Part shown: one piece after another, positions 20,439 through 28,197 of the stretch | Position numbering within the stretch: position 1 is the stretch's first letter | Layout: the number at the start of each line of letters is the position of its first letter | Source of the DNA: Actinomycetes bacterium | Lineage (GTDB): Bacteria > Actinomycetota > Actinomycetes > Propionibacteriales > Propionibacteriaceae | Length of the DNA stretch: 64,000 nt | Assembly: GCA_023393755.1 (NCBI GenBank) | Contig: JAEXCA010000108.1 | Coordinates: forward strand, 9,198-73,197 | Direction of reading: 5' to 3' | The notes under the pieces: generated by a model | Seen by the model: only the letters and a program-made list of their open reading frames with translations | Told to the model about the DNA's origin: nothing | The model's database searches: none | Translations under genes and position numbers: made by a program

Positions 20439-21763
20439 TGGACGGTGCTGGCGAAGTCGGCCGGATCGAACCAGGCGTCGAGCCCGGCCTGGTACTCCGC
20501 GGCGGCGTCGGCGGCGCTGAGGTCACCGAGCCACTGCCGCTGGACCAGTCCACCGACCAGTTCGGTGCCGGTGGGGGTCCCGAACCGGAGGTAGGCGTTG
20601 CCCAGATAGGTCGATGGGTTGGCCTCGTAGCGCTCCTTCATCGCCGCGAGCAGCGGGTTCTCCAGCGTGACGCCGGCGCGGGCCGGAATGGTGCCCATCG
20701 CGTTGGTGTACGCCTGGGCGAACTCCGCGGTGGAGAAGTAGTCGATCAGTCTCTTGGCCTGTTCGGGGTGCTCCGAACGAGCCGCCAGAGCCCAGCCGCC
20801 ATCGACGTAACCGACCGTGACGGCCTTGTCGACCGGCCAGTCGGGGCCGACCGGGACATCGAAGCTGTCGTAGTCGAGGTCGGCACCGAGGCCGCGGAAG
20901 GTCGAGACCTGCCAGGTTCCCGAGGGGAACATCGCCGCCTTCCCGGTGGCGAACAGGGTCACCGCGGCGTCGAGGGTGACAGCGGTGACATCATCGACCA
21001 GGTACGGCTTGATCTCGTCCATCAGGGCGAAGGCCGCGACGTTCTGCGGGTCGGTCATCGTGGTCTCGCCGGTCAGGAAGCGGCGCTGGAAGTCCGCGGC
21101 TCCGCGCCGGGCGTTCTGGAAGATCTCCGCCCCCAGCGCGGTCTGCGGGACATCGCCGCCCGGGATCACGATCGGCGCCACTCCGGCGGTCTTGAGCGCC
21201 TCGCACAGCTGCAGGAACTCCTGCCAGGTGGTGGGCACCTGGAGTCCGTTGTCGCTGAAGATCTTCTTGTTGTAGTAGACCTGCGCGGTCTGGATGCCTT
21301 GCGGAACCGCGTAGACCAGACCGTCGGCCCGCGAGGACACCGTGCCCAGCACCGAGTCGGTGAAGCCGTCCCAGGACGCTACGACGTCGGTCAGCGGCAG
21401 GATGGCCTGGTTGGCGGCCATGCCCTCGAGGATGCCGGAGCGCACCGCGACCACGTCCGGGCTGCCGGAACCGCTGAGCGCCGTGGTGAGCAGGGTCTCG
21501 TAGTTCTGGTTGGGGTGCTGGGTGACTGAGACCTTGATGCCCGGATTGGCCGCCATGAACGTCGGCAATACCGTCTCCTCCAACGCCGTCCGGGCGTCGG
21601 CGCTCCAGGTCCACACGCTCAACTCCACCGATTCTTCGCTGGGCGGGGCGGCCGCGGTGATGTCGGCCGGAGCCGCCGTGCTGCACCCCGCCAGGGCGAG
21701 GCCGACGGCGGCGACGACCCCCGTGGTCAGCGCACGCCAACGCGTGGTTCTCGTGTTACTCAT
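20435..21763 (-). CDS. extracellular solute-binding lipoprotein (CUT1 sugar ABC)
   Basis: The ATG at 21763 is preceded by GTGAGGAGCAAC. The lipobox is LALAGCS. The fold looks like SBP family 1. Confidence 0.9.
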   Translation of the reverse strand: MSNTRTTRWRALTTGVVAAVGLALAGCSTAAPADITAAAPPSEESVELSVWTWSADARTALEETVLPTFMAANPGIKVSVTQHPNQNYETLLTTALSGSGSPDVVAVRSGILEGMAANQAILPLTDVVASWDGFTDSVLGTVSSRADGLVYAVPQGIQTAQVYYNKKIFSDNGLQVPTTWQEFLQLCEALKTAGVAPIVIPGGDVPQTALGAEIFQNARRGAADFQRRFLTGETTMTDPQNVAAFALMDEIKPYLVDDVTAVTLDAAVTLFATGKAAMFPSGTWQVSTFRGLGADLDYDSFDVPVGPDWPVDKAVTVGYVDGGWALAARSEHPEQAKRLIDYFSTAEFAQAYTNAMGTIPARAGVTLENPLLAAMKERYEANPSTYLGNAYLRFGTPTGTELVGGLVQRQWLGDLSAADAAAEYQAGLDAWFDPADFASTVQ

Positions 21764-21888
21764 GTTGCTCCTCACCTCGTGGGGCACGACTCTGTGTTGG
21801 TGAAACTCCTGGGATGGACGCGGTGCCATCCACTGACGAGTCTCGGCGGAGGTCGATTGGTCTAGCAATGAATGATGATGCTGACCGA

Positions 21889-21901
21889 TTGGATATCCAT
21901 G
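21889..21901. promoter_or_regulatory. palindrome ATTGGATATCCAT upstream of the ABC operon (candidate operator)
   Basis: A perfect 10-bp palindrome TGGATATCCA lies at 21890-21899, in the AT-richer 165-bp gap between the SBP start and the AraC stop. Confidence 0.3.
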
Positions 21902-21927
21902 CTGTCTATCGCGTGATCATGCAACTG

Positions 21928-22818
21928 CTAAACGGTCACCCTTCGTGACGAGCTACGACGAAAGTCCTGCGGCGACATTCCGGTCTTCTGCCTGAAGTAT
22001 CGCGAGAAGTACCCCGCGTCGGCGAAGCCCGCCTGGCGCCCCACCACGGCGACCGCGGTGTCGGTGCGGCTCAGCAGGTCCTTGGCGATGGTGATCCGGT
22101 GACGCTCCAGCAGCGTGTGGAAGCTCTCCCCGGTGACCTCCCGGACGACATGGCTGGTGCGAGACACCGACAGGTTGAGCCGCGCACCCAGTCCAGCCAG
22201 GGTCGGACCATGCGCCAGGTGCTCGCGAATGTAGGACTCGATCACCGCCCGCTTGCCCGCCCCGGGCTGAGCCTTGATCCGCTCCAGCCGATCCAGGACG
22301 TCCAGAAGATAGTGCCGTAGCGGTCGGGACAACCCCAGCAGGCGCCGCCGCTCCGTTGTATCCAGCCTGGTCAGCTCAAGGTCAGGCGGAGCGTCCTCGC
22401 GCGCGATGACCTGGCCGACGAAGACCACGGCAACCAGTACGTTCTGGCTCCACAGCGGCACGATCACCTCGTCGGCACCGGCGTGACAGGTGCGGAAGAA
22501 CGGATCCGACCGTCGGCCTTCCGGGGGCGAGCAGGCCGGCACCAGGTCGTTGTTGTCGCATTTGGTGCAGGCCGGCAGGTCGCGATCCTTCCAGTCCATG
22601 CAGAACTCGGACCGATGGTTCTCATAGCGCTCGCTACTCATCGAGATGCCGTCCGGCCCGTCCCACCGGTTCGAGAGGACGCGGAAGCACACCTGGCGTC
22701 CGCTGGCTGCCTCGAAGGCATCGAGGGCGTCATCGACCTCCGCCCGCAGCTCCACAACCGCCTGGAGATTAGCGTCACTCACAGCGAACATATCCCATAG
22801 CGTAGCCGGATCGTGCAT
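21928..22818 (-). CDS. AraC-family transcriptional regulator with PocR-like Cys-rich sensory N-terminal domain
   Basis: ATG at 22818 (MHDPATLWDM). The N-terminal pattern is FC..C.KC...C...CHAG.DE...PLW. The C-terminus is an AraC HTH (GFADAGYFSRYFRQKTGMSPQDFR). Confidence 0.85.
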   Translation of the reverse strand: MHDPATLWDMFAVSDANLQAVVELRAEVDDALDAFEAASGRQVCFRVLSNRWDGPDGISMSSERYENHRSEFCMDWKDRDLPACTKCDNNDLVPACSPPEGRRSDPFFRTCHAGADEVIVPLWSQNVLVAVVFVGQVIAREDAPPDLELTRLDTTERRRLLGLSRPLRHYLLDVLDRLERIKAQPGAGKRAVIESYIREHLAHGPTLAGLGARLNLSVSRTSHVVREVTGESFHTLLERHRITIAKDLLSRTDTAVAVVGRQAGFADAGYFSRYFRQKTGMSPQDFRRSSSRRVTV

Positions 22819-22880
22819 TGCCGATGAACCTCCGCGTGGCGAAGGCTGAGGGACGCCGACCAGCAGAAGGAGTTTCGCCC

Positions 22881-25796
22881 ATGCCGCATCGCGGAGTCCC
22901 TCGGCCGCTCCCAGACGAGGTCTTCGACATCGGGGTGGTCGGGGGCGGCCATGCCGGCTTTGCGGCGGCCCTGCGCCTGGCCCGGAGCGGACGGCGGGTC
23001 GTCCTGATCGACCGTGGCGGCGACCTGGTCGCGGAATCCGGACGATCGTTCGCCGGCATCGCCGGAACCGGCGACGAACCGATCTGGCGGGAGTTGGTCG
23101 CCGGCGTCGACCGACTCGGCGGACTCGGTCCGGACTGGCTGGATGGGGCGCTGACCGAATGCGTCGCCACATCCATGCTCATGGCGAGCCCGATCCGGGC
23201 GCTCTACCATGCGACGGTCATCGGCATGGATCTCGATTCCGACGGCCTACCGAACGCGGTCCGGGTGGCCACCCGCGCCGGGGTTCGGCGGATCCGTGCC
23301 GGTCGCTGGCTGGACGCCACGCCGACCGGGGAGTTCATCGGCATCCTCAACCCGGGAGAATCCCGACGAGATCCTTCCGGCTCGCGGGGATGGATGTTCC
23401 TGCAGCACCCGGACTGGGCGGCATTGCCGATCCCGGACGACGCTCGCGTCACGGCCTGGCCCTCCGAACGCGCGCTGCCGCTGGGCTTCTCGGCAGGCCA
23501 CGGACCGGACCTGCTGGGTGGCCTCGACCAGGTGGCCGGCATCCTCGGGCCTGCCGAACTGCGACGGGTCTGCCTCAGCCACTTCAGCTTCGCCCCGTTC
23601 CACCTGTACGACCCCGCAGCCCAGCCCCACCGTGAGCTACCCGCGAACGTGGTCTCCGCCGTCGCGCCGCTCGGCTCGGAGGCCATCACCGATCTGTCCA
23701 CGCTGCACCAGCTCGGGATCAGCGCGGCCGACCTGGCTCAACGAGTGCCTGCCGCCGGCCCGGGCAAGCCGGGACTCGACCCGGTCTGGGCGCCCGTCAC
23801 CTCGGTCCGCACCGAGGTGACGGTGGTCGGCGCCGGTACCGGTGGGGTGCTGGCAACCGTCGCCGCCGCCAGGAGCGGCGTGAGGGTTCACGCGGTCGAA
23901 GGCTCGACCCAGGTCGGCGGTGTCGGGACAGTCGGCGGCATTCACGTGTACTGGTTCGGCGCACCCGGCGGGTTGCAGACGGAACTCGACGACCGTACCC
24001 GTTCGATCATGCACTCTCACGCGCGCGGCCCCTTCCGCGACGGGCCGTTCAACCCGTGGGCGAAGCTCATCGCGGCCGAGCAGATGCTGGCGGAGTCGGG
24101 CGCCACCCTGAGCAGGGAGACGGTGCTTTACGAGGTGGAACGCCGAGGCGAGGCGATCACCGCGATCTGGTGCGCCAGGCCCGGCGGCATCATGAAGATC
24201 GAGGCGGAGGCGTTCGTCGACGCCACCGGGGACGGCGATCTCTGCGCCCTGGCGGGCGCCGACTTCCGGCTCGGCCGCGAGACCGACGGCCTGCTGCATG
24301 CCTACTCCCAGTCGAGCGGACGACTTCGTCGGCTCCACGGCGAGCCGCGGATGGACACCGTCAACTTCGACGCCGGCTTCTGTGACCCGACCGATCCCGT
24401 CGACCTCACCCGCGCCCGCCAGGAGGGCATCGCGGCCTACCTGATCGCCGGGGCGTTCGAGGAGACCCAGCGGCCCACCTACGTCGCCCCCGCGCTCGGC
24501 ATCCGTCAGGGCCGGCAGATCGCCACCGATCTCGTCCTCACCCTGGACGACCTGGTCAGTCGTCGGCGGTTCCCGGACGCGATCGGCTACACCGCGTCCC
24601 ACTTCGACAACCACGCCACCGACATGCAGTTCGAAAGCGACCAGGCGGTGTTCTACCAATGGGTGCTGGGGCAGGCTCGCGTCCCGATCGGAGCGGAGCT
24701 CAGCTACCGGCAGCTCCTTCCGGTGGGCCTGGCGAACGTCTGGATCGGGTCGCGCTGCCTCGGCCTCACGCAGGAGGCCCAGTACGTCACCCGGATGCAG
24801 CGCGATATCCAACGGGTCGGCGAGGTCGCCGGACTGGCCGCGGCTCTCGCGGTCCGCGAGCGGACCGGGAGCAGGACGGTCGACCTGGCTCGCCTTCAGG
24901 AACTGCTCACCGCGAGCACGGCGCTCGGCACCCGACCACGCTCGCTCGAGACCACCTTCGGGCTGTACCAGAGGCTCTCCGACGACGGCGAGGTTCAGTT
25001 CCAGCCGCGACAGGCCACCAGCCACGCCCTCCTCGACCAGCTCCGCCCCGGCAACGCCGTCCCGACCTCCGTCGGCCAGGTCGTGGCGGCTCTGGACTCC
25101 GCGATGCCCGATGCCAGCCTGTGGTGGGCCGCCCACAACCCCGAAGCCTGCCGTGACCAGGTCGAGGCCCGCCTGGCCAGCAGCAACCCATCCACCACCT
25201 GGCTGGCGGCCTGCGTGCTTGCGATGTGGAACCAGACCGCCGCCGAACCGCGGCTGCTCGCCGCGATCGAGACTCTCGAGCCCTCCCCGATCCGTCATCG
25301 GCCCCGACTCCAGGAAGGATCGGAAGCCGGGCCCAGCGAGGCGGAACGGTCCGCACCGCGTTGGCTCACCGCCGTCGTGCTGCTCGGTCGCTGCGGAACC
25401 GAGGCGGCGATCCCCGTCCTCGCCTCGCTGGCGGCGATTCGTACCCATTCGGTGGACACCCTCTCGACTGTCGCCCTCGCTGTCGGTCGCCTGGCCACCC
25501 GGCTCGATGGCTCACGCGACAGAGCATCGTTGAGGCAGATACTGGATACCCTCAAGGCGGCGACGCCGCTCGCCACCACCGACTATGCCGCCCGCGACGT
25601 CGGCGCCCACAGCCACACCGCCGCGACCCGGGGCCATCCGGCTCCCGACCACGTTGCGGCCAACCACGTCACCGAACCGATCGCCTCCCAGCTACGGGCG
25701 ACCTACCAGGACCGGACCCCGCAACTCGCGAAGGCACTGGCCGCCGCGGAACGACTTCTCGGCGACATCGGGGAGCTCACGGCGCCCGAGGTGTGA
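22881..25796 (+). CDS. large FAD-dependent oxidoreductase-family protein (two dinucleotide-binding motifs plus C-terminal HEAT-like region)
   Basis: The ATG at 22881 is preceded by GAAGGAG. It carries DIGVVGGGHAGFAAALRLARSG and TVVGAGTGGVLATVAAARSG..GGVGTVGG..DATGDGDL. The C-terminal ~250 aa is helical-repeat-like. Confidence 0.8.
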   Translation: MPHRGVPRPLPDEVFDIGVVGGGHAGFAAALRLARSGRRVVLIDRGGDLVAESGRSFAGIAGTGDEPIWRELVAGVDRLGGLGPDWLDGALTECVATSMLMASPIRALYHATVIGMDLDSDGLPNAVRVATRAGVRRIRAGRWLDATPTGEFIGILNPGESRRDPSGSRGWMFLQHPDWAALPIPDDARVTAWPSERALPLGFSAGHGPDLLGGLDQVAGILGPAELRRVCLSHFSFAPFHLYDPAAQPHRELPANVVSAVAPLGSEAITDLSTLHQLGISAADLAQRVPAAGPGKPGLDPVWAPVTSVRTEVTVVGAGTGGVLATVAAARSGVRVHAVEGSTQVGGVGTVGGIHVYWFGAPGGLQTELDDRTRSIMHSHARGPFRDGPFNPWAKLIAAEQMLAESGATLSRETVLYEVERRGEAITAIWCARPGGIMKIEAEAFVDATGDGDLCALAGADFRLGRETDGLLHAYSQSSGRLRRLHGEPRMDTVNFDAGFCDPTDPVDLTRARQEGIAAYLIAGAFEETQRPTYVAPALGIRQGRQIATDLVLTLDDLVSRRRFPDAIGYTASHFDNHATDMQFESDQAVFYQWVLGQARVPIGAELSYRQLLPVGLANVWIGSRCLGLTQEAQYVTRMQRDIQRVGEVAGLAAALAVRERTGSRTVDLARLQELLTASTALGTRPRSLETTFGLYQRLSDDGEVQFQPRQATSHALLDQLRPGNAVPTSVGQVVAALDSAMPDASLWWAAHNPEACRDQVEARLASSNPSTTWLAACVLAMWNQTAAEPRLLAAIETLEPSPIRHRPRLQEGSEAGPSEAERSAPRWLTAVVLLGRCGTEAAIPVLASLAAIRTHSVDTLSTVALAVGRLATRLDGSRDRASLRQILDTLKAATPLATTDYAARDVGAHSHTAATRGHPAPDHVAANHVTEPIASQLRATYQDRTPQLAKALAAAERLLGDIGELTAPEV

Positions 25797-25821
25797 GCCG
25801 AACCAGCGCGCCGGTGGGTCG

Positions 25822-25900
25822 CGAACAAATCGACCTCCAGATTGCCTCTCCAGGCCGGTTCTGGCCTTCTCGGCGCAATCTGGAGGTCGATTTGTCGAAC
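25822..25900. repeat. palindromic element PE-1 (21-bp perfect arms ACAAATCGACCTCCAGATTGC, 29-nt loop)
   Basis: Arms lie at 25825-25845 and 25875-25895. It sits about 30 nt after the FAD-protein stop, so it may also act as a terminator. Confidence 0.8.
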
Positions 25901-25904
25901 ATCA

Positions 25905-25979
25905 GGGCTCTACGAACCGGGGTCGCCGGATTCGGTGCCGCTGTTCGACATCCCAGGCGCCGAAAAGTCGCCCACTTCC
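25905..25979 (+). pseudogene. 75-bp fragment of a VanZ-like gene, inverted relative to the intact gene
   Basis: The reverse complement of 27954-28029 matches at 72 of 75 positions with one 1-nt indel. Confidence 0.85.
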
Positions 25980-26457
25980 CTACAGTAGGTGTTTGGCCAG
26001 GCCTCCAGCGTCAGTCCCCAGCCAACCCTTGCGCCGCGAGCCAGTCCTTGGCGCGCTTGACGGACGCGCGGGCAAGCCACGCCTCCTGGACGATTTCGGT
26101 CAGCTCGTCGAGCGACAACTCACCGACCCTGCTGCCCCGTAGCAGCACGGACGGGTGCCCGTCGAAGTGCGGCGTGGTGAAGAAGGGGAGGTCGTCGTCC
26201 TGTAGCAGGGCATGCTTGTCACCCTCCGTGCACGTCCAGAACACGATGACGTCCGGATACCGATCGCCGGTCTGCGGGTCGACGGCGTCAGGGCGCGGGT
26301 TGCGGAAGAATACGAATGACCGACCGCCCACCTGGTAGATCGGATTGCCCAGCGGGCCAGCGGTCTCCGTCACGAACGGCATGGCCATCGCAATGTCGTG
26401 GATGTCGGACAGACGTGCCCGGCGCGAGCGTTTGGCCACGAGGACGAGTTTAGTGAG
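25975..26457 (-). repeat. direct repeat DR2 (contains MmcQ/YjbR paralogue 2 and a relic of the vapB promoter/operator)
   Basis: Aligns with 15813-16290. It begins with the same CCTACAGTAGG palindrome. Confidence 0.85.
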
Positions 26458-26469
26458 CTGACCAGGCAT
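26011..26469 (-). CDS. MmcQ/YjbR family DNA-binding protein, paralogue 2
   Basis: 152-aa ORF, about 89% identical to 15845..16273. The start may be the GTG at 26439. Confidence 0.7.
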   Translation of the reverse strand: MPGQLTKLVLVAKRSRRARLSDIHDIAMAMPFVTETAGPLGNPIYQVGGRSFVFFRNPRPDAVDPQTGDRYPDVIVFWTCTEGDKHALLQDDDLPFFTTPHFDGHPSVLLRGSRVGELSLDELTEIVQEAWLARASVKRAKDWLAAQGLAGD

Positions 26470-26488
26470 CGAGGAGAGTGCGAGTCGT

Positions 26489-26563
26489 GAACAAATCGAA
26501 CTCTAGATTGCCGGGAGAGGGCCAGAACCTGCCTGCAGAGGCAATCTGGGTGTCGATTTGTCC
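26489..26563. repeat. palindromic element PE-2 (imperfect arms; loop inverted relative to PE-1)
   Basis: Arms are ACAAATCGAACTCTAGATTGC (26491-26511) and GCAATCTGGGTGTCGATTTGT (26541-26561). The loop is the approximate reverse complement of the PE-1 loop. Confidence 0.7.
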
Positions 26564-26607
26564 AGCAGCCTTCATCCGGGCTGGCGGAGAAGGCACACGG
26601 GAGCAAC

Positions 26608-26997
26608 TCAAGGTGTCCGAGGGGTGATCCGGACCGTGGCGTTGTGACCGTGTTCGAGCTTGGCATCGCAGGTGTGAAGCGGGACGCCGAGAGCTTCTGC
26701 CAGCGCCAGATAGCTGGCGTCGTAGCTGGTGAACTGATGACGAAGCTCCCAGATGCGGTCAGCCAAGGGAGCGGCTTCGTACCGGTCGATCGCGAAGCTG
26801 AAGTACTCCTGGCGGGCCTGATCGGCGTCGGACGCACTCAGCTTGCCGCCCAACACCAATCCACACAGCGCGGAGAGCACCTCCAAGTCCAACACGTGCG
26901 GGGCACTGAGATGACCACTCAGCGCGTCCAACAGTTCGTCTTCCGGGTTGAGGCCAACCAGCGCCTCGACCATGACCGAGGCATCGACCACGATCAT
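26608..26997 (-). CDS. vapC: type II toxin, PIN-domain VapC
   Basis: Starts MIVVDASVMVEAL and has a PIN fold pattern. It has an ATGA overlap with the antitoxin stop. Confidence 0.85.
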   Translation of the reverse strand: MIVVDASVMVEALVGLNPEDELLDALSGHLSAPHVLDLEVLSALCGLVLGGKLSASDADQARQEYFSFAIDRYEAAPLADRIWELRHQFTSYDASYLALAEALGVPLHTCDAKLEHGHNATVRITPRTP

Positions 26998-27221
26998 CGG
27001 CGGCCGGCCTGGACCGCCTCAACGATCTCTGCCTGCGTCGGTCCGGTGGAGCGATCGCGGCTCCGCAACCTGGCAACCACCTCGGCATTGGTGGGACGTT
27101 CGGCGATCCGGGTCAACTCCGCTCCGACGTAGGAGGACAGCGAGATCCCCCGTTCTGCGGCGCGCGCCTTGAGCGTGGCGGCAATCTGCTCGTCTACGTC
27201 GCGAATGTAAAGGGTGGCCAC
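26994..27221 (-). CDS. vapB: type II antitoxin, ribbon-helix-helix (FitA/VapB-like)
   Basis: VATLYIRDVDEQIAATLKARAAERGISLSSYV is a typical RHH N-terminus. GTG start. Confidence 0.8.
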   Translation of the reverse strand: MATLYIRDVDEQIAATLKARAAERGISLSSYVGAELTRIAERPTNAEVVARLRSRDRSTGPTQAEIVEAVQAGRR

Positions 27222-27341
27222 GGAATTATGCTAGCACTCCGCAAGCAAGCTCACCGCGAGGAGGCCCTCCGCTGCGTACGATGCTGGCATGCACAGCGCC
27301 GAGTGGACTGCGGTCCAGCGCAGAACTGAAAGAGACTCACT

Positions 27342-27716
27342 GTGACCGACCCGAAGATCGCTGAGATCGTGCGAAAAGCAGCAGCTGGTCTCCCTCAGAT
27401 CGTCTGCATCTGCGGCTCGACTCGGTTCCGCGACGAGATCATCGAGGCCAACCGGCAGTTGACCCTGGCCGGAATCATCGTCTTGGCGCCGGCAGTGTTC
27501 CAGCACAGCGGTGACCCGGTTACTGAAGGTCAAAAACAGATCCTCGATGAGCTTCATCTTCGGAAGATCGACTTTGCAGACGCTGTGCTCGTGGTTGACC
27601 CGGGCGGCTACATCGGTGAGTCGACCAGCGGCGAAATCAGGTACGCCCAATCCAGCGGTAAGCCGGTGTTCAGGCTCTCAGCGGTCAGTAGCGACGCAGT
27701 CTCACAGTCGTCGTAG
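27342..27716 (+). CDS. hypothetical protein, nucleoside 2-deoxyribosyltransferase-like fold suspected
   Basis: GTG start. The pattern IVCICGSTRF...LHLRKIDFADAVLVV...GYIGESTSGEIRYAQSSGKPVF suggests that fold. It lies in an AT-richer patch. Confidence 0.55.
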   Translation: MTDPKIAEIVRKAAAGLPQIVCICGSTRFRDEIIEANRQLTLAGIIVLAPAVFQHSGDPVTEGQKQILDELHLRKIDFADAVLVVDPGGYIGESTSGEIRYAQSSGKPVFRLSAVSSDAVSQSS

Positions 27717-27720
27717 TCGG

Positions 27721-28197
27721 TCACGGAGCCACACCAGGCCGGGGCTCACACCGACGCCGGACAAGCAGCAGGACGGTCCCGGCCGCGACCCCGATCAGAT
27801 CAGCCAGGAAATCCAGCGGATCCCCACTGCGGTGTGGCAGGAACCAGTACTGAATCAGCTCGCTCACCACGCCGTGGAGAGCGAAGATGCCGACGATCAA
27901 CCAGATCCGTCCGGTCAGCCGGCCCAGCAACCACACCGGGAAGGCGAAGAGCAGGAAGTGGGCGACTTTGTCGGCGCCTGGGAGGTCGAACAGCGGTACC
28001 GAATCCGGCGACCCCGGTTCGTAGAGCCCCACCAGGTGGACGACGACCGCCAGGATGCTGAACCCCAGCAGCCAGCGATTTTTCTCGACGGACGCGCGAG
28101 GCGCGGGAATCCGTGCCCCGGCGCGACGTCTTGACGAGCGAAGCGAGGAACTGGATCGGCCCTGCGGGCCGACCTCATCAGGACTCACCTCAGCCAA
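27721..28197 (-). CDS. VanZ-like family membrane protein
   Basis: Four hydrophobic segments and DKVAHFLLF are present. The likely start is the GTG at 28188, just after the gatB stop; the 28197 start is TTG. Confidence 0.75.
   Translation of the reverse strand: MAEVSPDEVGPQGRSSSSLRSSRRRAGARIPAPRASVEKNRWLLGFSILAVVVHLVGLYEPGSPDSVPLFDLPGADKVAHFLLFAFPVWLLGRLTGRIWLIVGIFALHGVVSELIQYWFLPHRSGDPLDFLADLIGVAAGTVLLLVRRRCEPRPGVAP

Noticed and set aside
27231-27650. 139-aa minus-strand ORF
   Set aside because: It is antisense to the 27342..27716 gene, which has the more protein-like sequence and an appropriate divergent-promoter layout. It has no motifs.
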